From Amphiscolops sp. MND2022 (lineage: Eukaryota): a stretch of 64,000 nucleotides of DNA. The stretch lies in contig OZ076409.1 in assembly GCA_964187785.1 (NCBI GenBank), positions 8,372,001 to 8,436,000 on the forward strand. The letters are read 5' to 3'. The first letter of the stretch is position 1; every line of letters begins with the position of its first letter. Below the pieces are notes generated by a model that did not search any database, was not told the DNA's origin, and saw only the letters and a list, made by a program, of their open reading frames with translations. A program made the position numbers and the translations under genes. Shown piece by piece: positions 37,774-52,553 of the stretch.

Positions 37774-40700
37774 GTCAACAGCAGATGGATCAGGAGGTTC
37801 AGACGGCTCTAGTGGTGACATGAAGTTGCCTCAGCTCAAACGATCAAGAGGGGCTCATCGCGGCGTCTTCACAAGACGGACAGCAGCAATCCGGCAAGCT
37901 GGTGGACCGCTCGAGGATGTTCAAGCCACATTGGAGTTCCTGATTGATCGTCGCAAGATGCTGACAGAGTTGGATTCGCAGATCCAACAACTCATTGATG
38001 ACGACGATGAACTAGTAGCCGATGTGGAGGAAGCGGCTGACGTGTTCATGGCAGCCGAAAGGGCTGTGAAGTGGTGTCAGGGCAAGATAAAGGAGATGCA
38101 GCCTCCAAGCATAAGCGGCGCGGCGGCTCCATCAAGTGGCAGTCTGACGACCAAGCTCCCCAAGCTGACCCTTCCTTCATTCAGCGGTGAATACACACAG
38201 TGGGTCTCTTTCTGGGACCAACTCACAACTCTGGTTGACAGCAAGCGTGACATGACCAACGTTGAGAAGCTATCCTACCTCAAGTTGTCACTGAAGGGTG
38301 ATGCAGCTCAGATAGTTTCATCCCAGTTGGTCACTGATGCAAACTACGACATCGCGAAGCGAAAGCTGGAGGAGCGCTACAGCAACAAGCGTTCAATCGT
38401 GAAGGCGCACTTAGCAGCAATCCATGCCCTACCAGCCGTCAAGAAGGAGTCGAGTGTTGAGCTGCGCAAACTATTGGAGTCGACGAACGAACATGTGCAA
38501 GCACTAGAAGCATTGATGTTGCCTGTCAATCATTGGGATGCAATATTGGTGTACTGGCTGTTGGAGAAACTGGATGCCGAGTCGAGGAAGCAATTTGAAT
38601 TAGCGCATCCCGGCACAGATGTGTTAACTTTCAAAGATTTAACTACATTCATGGACAGACGAAGTCGTGCATTGGAATCCAGTGGTGATCAGCCTGAGGT
38701 TTCTACCCCCAAGACGACACCCAAGAAGGTGCATCAAGAAGCTTACTCCTCAACTGTTGAGCACTCAGCGAGTTGTCAGATGAAAGAATGCAGTGGGTCA
38801 CACTCAATCTCTCAGTGTGATCGCTACAAGCAGCTGGGCACAAGTGAGAGAAAGACAGTGGTGAGGAAGCTCAAACTGTGCATGAACTGTCTGGGGCGGC
38901 ATTTCGTGGCTGATTGTCCATCCATGTTCAGCTGCCGCACTTGCAACGGGAGGCATCACACATCGCTACACTTTGATCGTGCAGTCGAGCAGCAAAGTGG
39001 TGTGACAAGTGGTGCAACGTTCAGTGGTCCATCTGTGCTTCTCTCAACAGCAATGGTTGGCATAGACGACACAGCTGGAAAAACATTGATGTTCCGAGCC
39101 TTGCTGGACTCTGGGTGTCAAACATCCTTCCTCGCAGCAGACGCTGCATCAAAACTCAATCTTGCACATTCAACAGTAGACGTGAAGATCTCTGGGATTG
39201 GTGGACGGCAACAAGCAGCCAAGGAGTCTGTCAGTCTCCTAGTGGGTCCACAAAAGTTGCCTGTTACAGCACTAGTGCTGAGCTCAATCGCAGGTAATAT
39301 ACCTTCTCAATCAATTAACTTAAAACAATTAAAGTCAATGAAAAGTGTAGCACTAGCAGACAAAAACTTCCATCAACCTGGTCCCGTTCAATTGCTGTTG
39401 GGCGCGGATGTGTACGATGATCTCTTTCTGGACGAGAGGAAGAAGCATCATGGTCTTCACTATCGCAAGTCTATCTTTGGCTGGGTGGTCACTGGAGTGT
39501 TGTCCCAAGTGCGTGCCTACCAATGTCGAACCTTTCAAGTTGCAGTGGAACTGGACCTTACTCGCTTCTGGGAAGTTCAAGAGATTCCTCGAGTGAAGCC
39601 GATGTCTCAAGAAAATCGTCAATGTGAGGAACATTACGATACCACGACCTATGTGGCAGATGACGGCCGCATCACAGTTCGTCTCCCTTTCAAGTCTGAG
39701 GCACGTCCCTCAAACAACTTTCACACAGCAAAGCAGAGATTGTTCGCTTTGGAGCGAAAACTCAAGGATCACAGTGATGTGAAGCAGCAGTACCATGACT
39801 TCATCAAGGAGTTTGTAGACATGGGTCACTTGGAAGAAGCTCCTCAGATTTTAGGCTTGTGTTACTACTTACCCCATCACTGTGTTTTCAAGGATAGCAC
39901 AACGACCAAGCTCCGTGGCGTGTTCGATGCCAGCAGCAAATCCCCGAATGGCAACTCGCTGAACGATTGCCTATTGCTTGGACCCCGCTTGCAGGACGAA
40001 GTATTTGATATTCTCATTCGCTTTCGCCTACACCAATATGCCTTGTCGGCAGATGTAGCAAAGATGTATCGACAAGTGGGTTTAGACAAATCAGACCGTG
40101 ACTTCCATCGAATTCTGTGGCGTGACTATGTGACAGATGAGATCCGAGAACTGCGTTTGACCCGTGTGACGTACGGTGTTGCCAGCTCCTCCTACCATTC
40201 AACCCCAGCACTTCAAGAGAGTGACAAAAATCATGGACCCAATCCGAACACAGTAAAAGTGATTCTCAACGACTTCTGGGTTGATGATTTACTGAGTGGG
40301 GCTGATACACTAGAGGAAGCATGCGTGCTTCAAGACGATCTGATTGAAACCCTCAACAAGAACTGTCTCCCACTACGCAAGTGGAGCAGCAACGAACCCC
40401 AACTCGTCACTCGCCTTTCGCAAGACCTTCACGAAGCTGGCAAGGCTTACGAAATCAGCAATAAAACCCATCAAATCAAAACACTGGGACTGACGTGGCA
40501 TCCTCTAGAGGATCACTTTGTGTACGCAAGTTGTGGTGAGTATATTTCAATCATTACAAAACGAACCTTACTCAGTGATGTTTCAAAGCAATTTGATCCA
40601 ATTGGCCTCATAGCCCCAGTTCTCGTAGTAGCCAAGGTCATCATTCAGTCTTGCTGGAAGTTGGATCTCGAATGGAACGATGCAGTTCCAGATGATGTGT

Positions 40701-42823
40701 CACGGGCATACACAAACTGGAAAGATGACATGAGCTCACTATCACAACTCAAGATACCTCGGAAGGTGCTGCCAACCCACTTGTACGACGAAGCATCCTT
40801 GCAAGTCTTCTGTGATGCCTCGGAAAAAGCATACGGTGCCTGTGTTTATCTGGTGTCAGTCAAAGATGATATCGTCTCCTCAACCCTCATCTCCTCCAAA
40901 TGCAAGGTGGCTCCGATCAAACCCTCAACTCTCCGTCGACTCGAGCTCTTGGCAGTTCACACGGGTGGGCAAACTTGCAACAGCAGTCAAGGCGGCACTA
41001 TCAAAATCAAAGCACGCATTTAACATTTCTGTGTTGTACTCAGACTCAACAATCGCCCTCTCATGGATCAAGGCAGACCCAACTCGATGGCACACATTTG
41101 TGTCAAATCGAGTGTCCCAAATTCAGTCAAGGCTCCAAACAACTGAATTCATTCACGTACCCTCAGAGGAAAACCCAGCCGATCTGTGATCACGTGGATT
41201 ACTAGCAACACAGTTGGTGGCTCAACAAACGTTCTGGTTTCAAGGGCCATCGTGGTTGAGATCATCAATTCTTGACCAACCTCAAACTCTCCTCACAAAG
41301 GAGGAAGCCCGCCAAGAAGTCAAAACATTGACAGTGCTAACTTCGCCCAGTAATTCGTTAGTAGACTTGGACAATTTCAACTCACTAGTGAAGTTGTTAA
41401 GAACACTGTGCATTTGCAAAGTAGCGTTTAAGAAAGATCTCAAGACGATCTTTGGCCGGGAGGAAATGGCTCTCGCCTTGTATGCGGTGGTCAAAGCAGA
41501 TCAGATGGTACACTTTGAAGCCGAGTTCAAAGCCTTCTCAAATGGTGAGTCGATCAACCGGAAGAACTCAATTGCACCCCTTTACCCATTCAAGGACAAC
41601 GGCATCATCAGGGTCGGCGACAGACTGGCCCACGGGTACTCAATGACTGACGATCAGCGGTTTCCTTTACTGGTGTCACAACGAAGCAAACTGGCTACAC
41701 TTGCAATCAACGATGCCCACAAACGAACTCTTCATGGTGGTCCCACAGCAACAGTGGCAGAAATGAGACGTCAAATTTGGGTCACTCAGGCTATGAAGAA
41801 GGCGTCAGCTTGCATCAAGAAGTGTGTTACGTGCTTCCGATTGAACTCAGGTCCAACGCAGCAGCTTATGGGTGACTTGCCTTCGAGTCGCATCGAGGTT
41901 CCGAACATGCTTTCTCTTGTGTGGGCCTCGACTTCGCAGGACCTTTAACATTTAAAAATGGAACTGAATGTGTCAACGGTTACGTAGCTGTGTTTATATG
42001 TTTTGCTTCAAAGGCAGTTCATCTAGAGGCAGTATCATCATTGACGTCAGATGCGATGGTGGCAGCCCTAAGACGATTCATTGCAAGACGAGGCATCCCC
42101 AGTCAAATTGTGTCCGACAACGCAACCAACTTCGTGGGTGCAAGGCGTGACCTCAACGAATTGGAAAAAGTGGTTCGGTCAGGGGCACAATTATACAGCA
42201 GCATTGAATGGCTCTTCATTCCTCCTCGCTCACCCAACTTCGGCGGACTATGGGAAGCAGCGGTGAAGTCGATGCGCAGAGTCATGGGCAATTCCATTCT
42301 CACTTACGAGGAGATGACAACCATTCAATGCCAAATAGAACAAATCTTGAACAATCGTCCCTTGATGGCTCTCACAAACAACCCGGATGACATCTTTGCA
42401 CTAACCCCGTCAACGCTAGTCAATGGCAGCCGATTGGATGCTATCCCACAGCCCTGTTTGCAGACGATGGATGCCCGCGGGCATCCAGCAAAACGATTTC
42501 GCGCTCTTCAACAGCTACTCTCTCAATTCTGGAAGCGATGGGCTTCTGAGTATGTAGCGTCACTTCAGCCGCGAGGCAAATGGCGACAAGAGCGTGCAAA
42601 CCTCTCAATTGATGACGTAGTGCTGATCACAGACAATGGCATTCCACCACTACAGTGGAGTATTGGTCGAGTGATGCAATTGAAGCTTGGTCATGGTGGC
42701 CTAGCTCGCGTGGCATTGGTGAGAACATCGCGCGGTGAATTCACAAGACCTGTCAGCAAGCTGAGACGTCTACCAATTAAGGACAATGACCTCCACAAGG
42801 AAACCATTGAATGCACACAATGA
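37772..42823 (+). pseudogene. BEL/Pao gag-pol polyprotein (frameshifts ~40965 and ~41915, stop 41187)
   Basis: KLPKLTLPSFSG; three Cys/His knuckles; RALLDSG; RT FWVDD; RNase H FCDAS / RLEL / SDS / ENPAD; integrase LDFAGP, SDNATNF, GGLWE. Confidence 0.95.
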
Positions 42824-43374
42824 GTAGCAGCATGAATGACAATGAAACTGCGTGCTGTGGCTTAGTGGCAAACGTTAAAGCAACAGTTAGACCATTAGAT
42901 AACCGTCAGGTCGGATGTTCGAGCCCTGCTCACGCCCACACTCCTACCTCACCTCTGGTGAGTAGGTTCCCAATGTCCTATGGGAACTTTGCTCAGATCT
43001 GGATTCCTTCCTCACGGGGGGGATGAAGGGGGGGGCGAGGGAGGAGGTTTAGTGTGTAAAGAGAAGAATAAAAGAAGCCAGCCACTATTTCCAAATTTTT
43101 CTGCAGCTGCACACACCCAACTCAATTACTCGAAGTATACCCAATCCCTTTATGGACGATGATGGTGCAGTGGTGATTTCAATATTCCCTCATCAGAAGT
43201 TCTGGAGTTCGAATCCCCGAAACACAAAGTTTATTTTGTCTTCCTTAAACTCAAACTCATGACATTTACTATTTGTATTATTATCGAGTGGTAGCTATTC
43301 ATATTCTTTTAAATTGTATTAGCACGAGTGCTAATCATATATTAAATGAAGCTGATACTTCATGGCCGGCGGGA

Positions 43375-43894
43375 TGTTGGCGCATGACATCACAATGATC
43401 GCGCAGTAATTATTAATCCACTTAGCACAGTGTATCAGTCTTTGCTTTTGAACTGGCCTGCGCGAGTTCGAATCTGCGCCAGTGCTCTTTTTTGTTCCTT
43501 TAATCCTCTGACTTAATATTGGCCTCAATATCGATCAATCATTTTGGTTGACATTATTAATCTTGCTCATGTTATGTATTATATTAACAACCCATTGCTC
43601 ACTATTGTAAACGCATATGTAAACAACCCGTTATGAATCTTTTTGTTGCCTTGAACTGTAAGTGTGCCATTATTTATTCAATAACCTGTTATTGACCTGT
43701 CATCTAACTCTCACTTCTTGAGATCAATTTCAATCATTCATACTATCAATAAACATTCTCAAACATAGATCTCTTGTCTTGAGTCAAGACCCAAATCACA
43801 ACAGTTTGAACTCTATCTTTGAGTTCCTTCAATCCTTTTAGTTTGAACTCTTTCTTGAGTTCCCTCGTTCTAGCTTGAGAGCTACCCCAAAACA
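43375..43894 (+). repeat. BEL 3' LTR
   Basis: Direct repeat of 37238-37754. Confidence 0.9.
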
Positions 43895-44052
43895 GTTGCT
43901 GTTATCCGATGGTATAGCAAACTATCCCATGAGACAGAGGTACCCTACGGATCGGTACAGTGAGGGATTCTGCTCTGATCCAATAGTTGGTGGATACCGT
44001 TTTGTGAGAAGCATGGGTATTTTTTTAATACAAAGTTTTGTCACTTTGGTAT

Positions 44053-47000
44053 TGAGGAGAAGATGCCATTCATATGGCCATTTAAGTTCTTTAAGTTCAA
44101 AGTACCTGCCATAGAAACACTTTCATCGTGAAACATTCAGTGCCGGTGCTAACGTTAGATACAGTTGTTTGTATTACACACTTGTATGATACACGAATCT
44201 TGTTAACTCACTTTACTGATGAGATCCTAATTTTAAATTCAATTCTTATTTATCCATCGGTCATTTACATGGCGCAGTCAGCATTCTAATGGACACCCAA
44301 ACAGATCCGAATACTTCGGTAGAAACAGCCCAATCAGCCACGAATCAAACAATGATAAATCAGACAACAGCAGACCGAAAGGAAAAAAAAACAAATACAA
44401 TATTCCAATCCTACCGGACAGAGAAACCGATCTGACAAAAATAAACACACGAATATGGTGGGAACAAATTTCCGAATACATACATCTTACGTACAATCGA
44501 AACCTAGACGAAATGATGGATGAAGGCACCGATCGAATGGACCCACACACTGTGTATCACATCAAGGGAGATGTTATCTGGGCACTAGGCCCCAAAGCCA
44601 AACACGAAATCACAAGGGGTCAAAGGGGCAGAGAGTTGAAAGATGTTGAATTCTCAGAATTATTGAAACTATTCAAGAAAACTTTCATACCCGCGCGAAA
44701 TGTTTTTCCACGAAATGTTTACCCGGGCACAGTCGAGCCCAATTCTTTAACATCAAACAAGAACATAATGAAACATTAGATGAAAACTGGAAAAGACGTG
44801 TCAACATCGAAAGAAAATGCGAATCCAACAGAATCACACCAGAAGAGATTATGACGTACAAATTCGCAGCAACCGTCAATGACAAAAAAGCCTGAGATAA
44901 AATCATAAAGGGGCCACTAAAACTCCAAATGGTCCTTGAAACCACCGAAAAGGATAACTACAATCGCAAATACGGAGACAAAAGCCGAACAGAAAACACA
45001 GAAAACTCCCATCCGATAGCTCGTCAAGCGAAGAACAAGTCGCGTACTCACACCCAGGACGGAAACGAAAGATAACAGAAACCGGAAAGAAGAAGCTATC
45101 GAACCGCAACTGCCACTTTTGCGGCAAACCAAATTGGTCATTGGAGCGCATCTGCTCAGCACGGCGAGCACAGTGCAATAACTGCAAGAAAATGGGACAC
45201 TTTGCCAAAGTGTGCAAATCCAAGACCGTCAGTCGGATCCAGAAAGACCCAACAACGGACAGTAACACCGAATTATGGCCAGAAATTGACCATATTCAAT
45301 GCGTCAACGGCATCAACCGAATAGACTTCTACAAAGTGATACTATTGGTCCAGGGACAGCCAATAGAATTCTTTATTGACACCGGCTCTTCAGTGACGAC
45401 AATACCGCCAATAATTAGTCCAATAGAAATACACAAAACCACGAAAAGCTTTGTAGACGTAAACAAGAACCCATTAAAATTCAAAGGTGAAGCCATGGTG
45501 GAAGTGAAAACGGAAAAAAAGCAAAGACGTCTTACCCATATACATTACCGAAAACAAGAGCACTCAACTCTTGTTGGGACTGGATTGGTTGGACAAACTA
45601 GAAATTGGATTACAAGGAAACAAAAACACGAATATTATCCGACATCTCGAAACTGGCGGAAGACGACAGAAGATCATAAACGAATACGAAGACATATTCC
45701 AACATAATCACACAATCAACGATCTGACAATCGATATCCAACTGAAAAAAGATACGAAACCAATACAACAAAAGGGACGACCAGTACCAATACATTTTCC
45801 AAAGAACGGTCGAGCATGAATTGGAAAAGCTGATTGAAAAAGGTCACCTACAGAAAGCAGATAAAACTACGGAAAATTGTTTTATCTCAGCGGCTGTCAT
45901 CACCATAAAAAAAGAAAAATCCGTGAAAATAGCTCTCGATTTAAGAAAACCAAACGAGGCATGTGTCAAGAGAAAGGCAGCAATGCCAAACATGGAAGAA
46001 TTGATCAGTAAAATATCGGCAGAAGTTACAAAAAGCAACGGAGAAAATTGGATGTCAAAGATCGACTTGGATTACGCTTATGGGAGGCAAAACTATCCAA
46101 AGAAGCAGCAAAACACTGTGTGTTCTCAATAATTGGGGGAGATTTCACGGGCCATTACCGATCCAAGAGAGGCTTTTATGGGCTTTTGGATATCCAAACC
46201 GCATTTTAAGAACATATTGACAAAATGCTAGATTTTAAAATACCAGTCTGCTTAGACGACATCATCTGTGTAACCAACGGAACAATTGACGAACACGAAC
46301 AAGAGGTACGGGAAGTACTCAACAAGGTACAAAACGCTGCATATTGAGCAAGCGAAAAGAAAACCGAACTTTTCAAACAAGAACTATCTTGGCTGAACTA
46401 CCACATAAACCAGAACGGGGTAAAGCCAATGAAAGACAAGACGGAAGCAATAACGAAATTGAGTGCTCCAAAGAATCCCAAAGAACTAAAATCCTTCTTG
46501 GGTTCGATACAACATTTGTCAAAATTCATAAATAATCTGTCCAAGAAGACCGACAGAATGAGACAATTATTGAAAAAGAAACCCCTTGGAAGTGGACACC
46601 CGAAATAGATGGTGATATCGAGAATTTAAAGAAACAGATAACAGAATCTCGCACCATGCCTCGCACGTTTCGACCCAAAGAGAGACAACTACGTGACAAC
46701 AGATGCTTGAAATACGGGACTCGGGGCAACACTCTGGCAAAAAGAAGGAGAAATATTCAGACCAATCGCATTCGTTAGTAGATTCCTCACTGACTGTGAG
46801 AGGAAATACGCTATTATTGAACTAGAACTACTAGGAGCATTATGGGGTTAGAGTATATCAGATACTACGTTTACGGCAAAAAACTCAACTTGTTAACCGA
46901 TCATCAAGCACTCCAACCGTTGTTGAAAAGAAATAGGGCGCACAAGCAGTATAGCGCTAGGTTAACACGGTGGTTAGATAAATTGAGTCACTTCGATGTA

Positions 47001-50000
47001 AACGTACAGTTTACCGCTGGAAAAAACATTCCGCTGACGGATTACATAAGCCGACATCCGATCGTAAACACCGCTGAGAATGAAACGGAAAATGACGGAA
47101 GCGGTCAAACCGAAAAGGAATCCGAAGAATTCGTAATAAATCAAATACACGGCTTATTCGACTTTATTCAAACAAACGGAAGCATAAAGAGATTCACGGA
47201 ACGAACAAAACCGAGACAAAAAAGTGACCAATCACATCACGACATACGCAAGCGTGAACAGAACAAACAAAATCATTCGCTTGAAGCCTCGCTATCATTG
47301 AACCGTGTTAATCCTACATCAAAACTTTTAAAATTCGATCATTCCGCTCCAAAAACTAAAATGGACCACGTCAACGGCATCGATATGCAGTTTATCTATG
47401 AAAAAAGAGGCCATTCCTCGGATACCAACCGACTTGGACAGAGAGAAGAAGACTTCTAAAACCAGAAAAGACCAGAATAGTCGGAAAAAGAAGCGACCAT
47501 GAGCGGCTTCAAGAATATCGGCCCCCACAACAAGCACAAAAACGGATAGTGGAGCTAAATATCCAAATATATAACCGTTTCTTCCACTTTTGTGAAATTT
47601 TGGGAACGACACCGCTGAGGCAAAACCAACAAAACAATCATGAGTCATGGATCGTTCAAAACTCATCAGATAGCGAGAGCCAGGTGAGCAACGTCCGACA
47701 AGAGAAATGCCCCACAAACGCACTCAAGAAATTCCGGAAACACGAAACCGTCAACTGGATCAGACTGAAACAGACGGTCAAAGCAAACACGATGGACGAC
47801 GATCAGAACGTACAGAGGAGACAATAAAAAAAACGGAGAAGGATTTTGCTCTCGACCTTCTGATGCTCGTGGATGAAACAACGAGGGTTGTGAAGATTTT
47901 GAGTGCCATCGCCGCCCTCGAAAATTTAACCCGAAGATATATTCTACCCGTATTGTCCACACAGAAATCATCTTACCACCAGATTTGGTCTTCTCTCCTA
48001 CAATGACAAGATCATCATACCCGAAAATATGTGGACAGCAGTCATAGCTATGCTTCACCAAGGACACCCATCTGCGACAAAAATGGACCAATTAGCGGCA
48101 GCATTTTGGTGGCCTGACATTTATCAAGAAATTCGAGAGAAGGCAGAAAACTATCCCAGTTGCGGAGTTTCAGGTAAGAATCTCATGACACAATTACCGT
48201 CCACAGAGAAAAATAGACTAGAATTTTGTCTGAACTAAATCAAGAAATCCAATTGGACTTCGCTGGTCCAATAAAATCAAAGACTCGCGGTGACGTGTAC
48301 ATTTTGGTGGCCGTCGACCGATTTAGTAAATGGCCAACGGCTCTAATTTGTAAAAATACCGATTCACGGACAGTTTTTAAATTTCACGGACAGTTCACGG
48401 ACAGGAGTAAAAATGTTCAGACAACGGAACGCCACGGAGTAGACGTACCGACACGGCAGTTGTTTTAAAAGTAACGAATTCAAGTAATTTTGTAATCGAG
48501 AAAATATAAAACGCATTAGATGCACACCGAATTTACACACCGGTACCGACCAAGTTGATAGAACAATACGGACGATTAAATCGCTAACTAGAGCAAACAT
48601 GGCAGACGGCTTAATACTCGAAGAGAGTGTTAAATTAGCGAATAAAACAATTTGACAAACTCCCCAGAGTAAAATAAACATGACGCCATTCCAGATGCAT
48701 TTCGGACAAAAACCTCGCACGGCGATAACTAACTTAATCGGACAACCTGAATGTCTCTTATCTAATATGAAAAAGACACAGACCAATTACATTTCAGCAC
48801 AGCCAACAGAGCTCCAAATGTTCACCATAAACGACTCAGTGGGAGAAATGGCTGATTACATCGTCCTCAACGATTCGAAGAAAAGAGAAAGATCGGTAAG
48901 CCCGGAATTTGAACAGTACCATCTTTTTGAAAAAGAAAACAAACCGAACGCTTTGAAATGCAGACTCAAAAACTTATAAACTACTGACGGCAGTAAAAGA
49001 AACTAAACGTAGTATAAATACGCCTGAAGGGAAAACAATACACAAAAAACTAGTGTCAAAACCGGTAAAATTTCAGCTTTAAAGAAAACCGGAAGAAAAA
49101 CGGAAACCAACAAACAAATGCCGCAGATGTGGAAAATTCTGCCAAGGAGAATTCTGCGACACAGACAAAAGAGTGAATGGAATTCCAAAGAGCCCACAAG
49201 AACCGTGTAGTAGCCACACCCTACCGACAATGCCCCAGAAACGATCCACCTACGGCGACATCATAACAACTCATTCAGTTACGGACATACCGGAACCACA
49301 AGCCGCTACAACAACGGGCCAACAGCACGAAGAACAAAACACCGCCGTAGTAGAGACACAGCTAGAAGAGATCATGGCACCCGAAGCAAATACACCGTTA
49401 CCCACTACACCGATCCAATGTAGTACGAGTCACTGTCCGCTTGTCACAGAAAGATGACGATCAACAAACCACCCCGATTCGTGAAATCGTTACCGCTGAA
49501 GGACCGTTTGAGACCGAAAAAGCAAACAAGGAAAAAGGTAAAGCTGACATTAAAGAGATAAAACAAAAAATAACAAGGTAACATTTGAACAATCAAGCGA
49601 TCTTCGTAGATCGGATAGGATAAAGGGCGCTAGACCAACCGAGAAATTAGGTGGGGTAGAGTATTACTAAAATTGGTCGTTTAGGAACCATCTCTAGCCC
49701 ACTTCGAAGATTCCTTACAACTCCTTTTCCAAGATTGAAGAAATAGAACGCACAAGCCGGACAATCTGACAAGAAACCCTCCGGGAATCAGGACTGGTTT
49801 CCCTAACTGCAGAAAGGGAATGAGGAGAAGATGCCATTCATATGGCCATTTAAGTTCTTTAAGTTCAAAGTACCTGCCAAAGAAACACTCCCATCGTAAA
49901 ACATTCAGTGCCGGTGCTAACGTTAGATACAGTCGTTTGTATTACACACTTGTATGATACACGAATCTTGTTAACTCACTTTACTGTTGAGATCCTAGTT

Positions 50001-50037
50001 TTTGATTCAATTCTTATTTATCCATCGGTCATTTACA
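44053..50037 (+). mobile_element. Decayed Ty3/gypsy LTR retrotransposon, Mag-like
   Basis: 217-bp LTRs 44053-44269 and 49821-50037 (~9 differences); TSD GGTAT; PBS tggcgcagtc (tRNA-Ser-like); PPT agaaagggaa. Fragmented gag-pol: CNNCKKMGHFAKVC, IDTGS, LDD, TDHQAL, LHQGHP, LDFAGP. Confidence 0.92.
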
Positions 50038-52553
50038 GGTATTTCATCAAGTTGATTTTGTCTTTGGGTTATTCTTAACTTTCTTCACATTAGTTTGTCG
50101 TACTTTAACGCACTGAGCCATGCTACGTCGCTTTGAAACGTTGGATTAGCATAGGAAAAGCTAAATGACCTCGAAGTAAGTTTTATAATTTGTGGAGAGG
50201 ATCTTTCTACGAATATTTTTGTCAAGCTTGGATAACGTAGAGAACTTTGTGGATTCCTCTTTTGAATTTTATTGTGTTGTACTTTTTATGGAATTTTGAT
50301 TTGCTTTGAAAAATCCTTGAATAACTTTGACAATGTCATATCCATAAAAATGTTGGCTATGTGTTGTGTTTGTTTTAGCATTGATACAACTCAATTTGTT
50401 TGTTTGATCAGTTTTTTCGCTAGGCGTTGTCCGAATTTGTATCTACCTTCGAAGTTTCAGAAAAGTATCTTAATTCTGATGAGTTTCACGAAACTGACGT
50501 TTCATCTCCAAAAATTTCAGCAGTTTTTGTGAACAGGCTGGTTTTTGAGGTTATTCTGCAGTCTTTTTTCGAGAATTTGACTCGTTTCTATTTCCTTTAC
50601 AAGAAAAGTTGTGTATCATGGCAACAAAAATGTTCGGTAAAACGTTATTTATTAGTAACGTAAAATTGAGGAACAGTGAACAAAATCAAAAAGTACAAAA
50701 AGTGACTTTTTCGGAACAGAAGTTTGAAAGTGGAGAGTTTTCTTAAAAGTCGATGTGAACAGGAACTTCAAGTTTCACGTTGACCTGTGCACAGGGCGTT
50801 TGCTACTAATGGAGCAATTATACTTCCTTCCGTCTTGCTCGTTTTTAAAGCCTATTTGTTGTTTTGTTTATTGAAAAAAAAGACAAGTGGAGTTGGAGGG
50901 AATGTTAGTTTTGGAATTGGAAGCAATCTGATTGGAAGCAAGTTGGATTAAAAACAGCCAAGTTTTCCAACCGAATCGAGAAGAAGAGAAACAACGGGTT
51001 CACGGAAATAACGAAAAATTAGTCGAAAATGACGCATTTTTCCAGACTTTTGCTAGTTTTCTTAAACTTTGTTTTTTTCTGAAAGCGCAACTTTTGTCAC
51101 GGTTTTTTAGGTTGTAACGTTCACATTCATAAAGCATCTGGTTGTAACGTGTCGAGTTTAGTTGTTTCATAGAAGCAAGTGACAAAAAAACGCTTTTTTG
51201 ACCAAGAAATTAAGGACCGTATGTTGTGGAACGAAGACGTTTCTGCGTTTTTTCTTCACTGAACAGAAAGAGCAAAGAAAAAGTAGCTACTTTCATTGCA
51301 GCAAAAACTCCGAAAACAAAAGACATTCTTCCATTGTGAGCTTCAGTAGAAAACGACCAAATGTGTTTCAATTTTTTTGGAAGCGCCGATTAAAACGCTA
51401 ATCTTAATGATAGTCGGGCATGTTGTCTAAAAAGTTTCTACCGGGATAAGGAAGCGGCCTAGTTTGGTTTTTGTCATGCTCTTTGCTCTAAGACACCCTT
51501 GAGCTGAAAAGAAAACCAAGATTTCGCTGGGCCCTCAATTTTTGAGGCAGGTTGCGAGATTTCGCGAAAAAATTGGCCATGTTGGCACATTTCATAGATT
51601 CTCTTGAAAAAGAAAAGAAAAAAAACATGTAGTTTTTTTCGGAAATTTTTGGCGTTTCGTTTGTCATTCTAAAATAATTTTAACGTTTGAAAAGGAAGAG
51701 CTCAAAGTCTTTTTAAAACAAAAAGTTTCATTCCTAGCAATGAAATATGAAAGCATTGAATACTCTATGTTTTGAGCTAACCGAAGGATTTTAAGCTTTG
51801 GTAAAACTTGAAAAGTTGGATTTTGAAGAGAATTCGAAGTTGATGTGAACAAATTCTAAGTCTTCTGCTTTTCTTTCTTTTTTTAAAAGATAAAATTTTG
51901 AAAATGGAATTTTTCACCAACTATTTAACTTGATAAGGTATGTGATACAAGATTCTGAGCTGATAGAATAATAAAGATAATAACTTAAAAAAGATAAGTT
52001 GCGAAAGAACTCCGTTATCATGAATGCAAAACGGAAAGATGTCACAATCAGGGCAGTTTTGTAAGTTTTGTATGCTCAGGTATTTGAAGAACCTGCGAAA
52101 CGTTTCATTCAGCTTTAAGATTTGCATTACAAGGAATGATTTCGGTCAAGCAATTGCAAATTCGTGAACGAAAAGTTTCGAAATTTTGTGAAGTCAATGT
52201 TGAATTTCCTGTAATTCTCTTTTGATAACTGCATTTGATCCATTGAGATAAAACCAGAATTCATTCACAGTTGAATGCTTGAAATTGTCTGTCAAAAAGT
52301 TCGTGCGTTTCTCACAAGATCTGACAAGAGGGTAATCGGGTATTGAGGTTTAGTGACCTTCAGGTAATTATAGCAATTCGAGTTTCAAGATAGTGAATCA
52401 AGAAAACTCTATAGAAAGGGAGAATGTAGAGTCAATTTCAAAGCGATGAGCAATGAAAGAAGAACTCAATATCAGTTGTATTATGCTTCTTTTCTGTTTT
52501 CCCAGATAATCAAGTTTTTACATCAGTGAAAATATTACAATACAATAAAGACT

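Larger units (their letters stand above)
37238..43894 (+). mobile_element. Full-length BEL/Pao LTR retrotransposon
   Basis: LTRs 37238-37754 and 43375-43894; TSD GTTGC (37233-37237 / 43895-43899); PPT-like ggccggcggga 43364-43374. Confidence 0.95.

Noticed and set aside
40273..40287. RT motif WVDD instead of YVDD as a novel variant
   Set aside because: Single copy with other lesions; cannot be distinguished from decay without a consensus.
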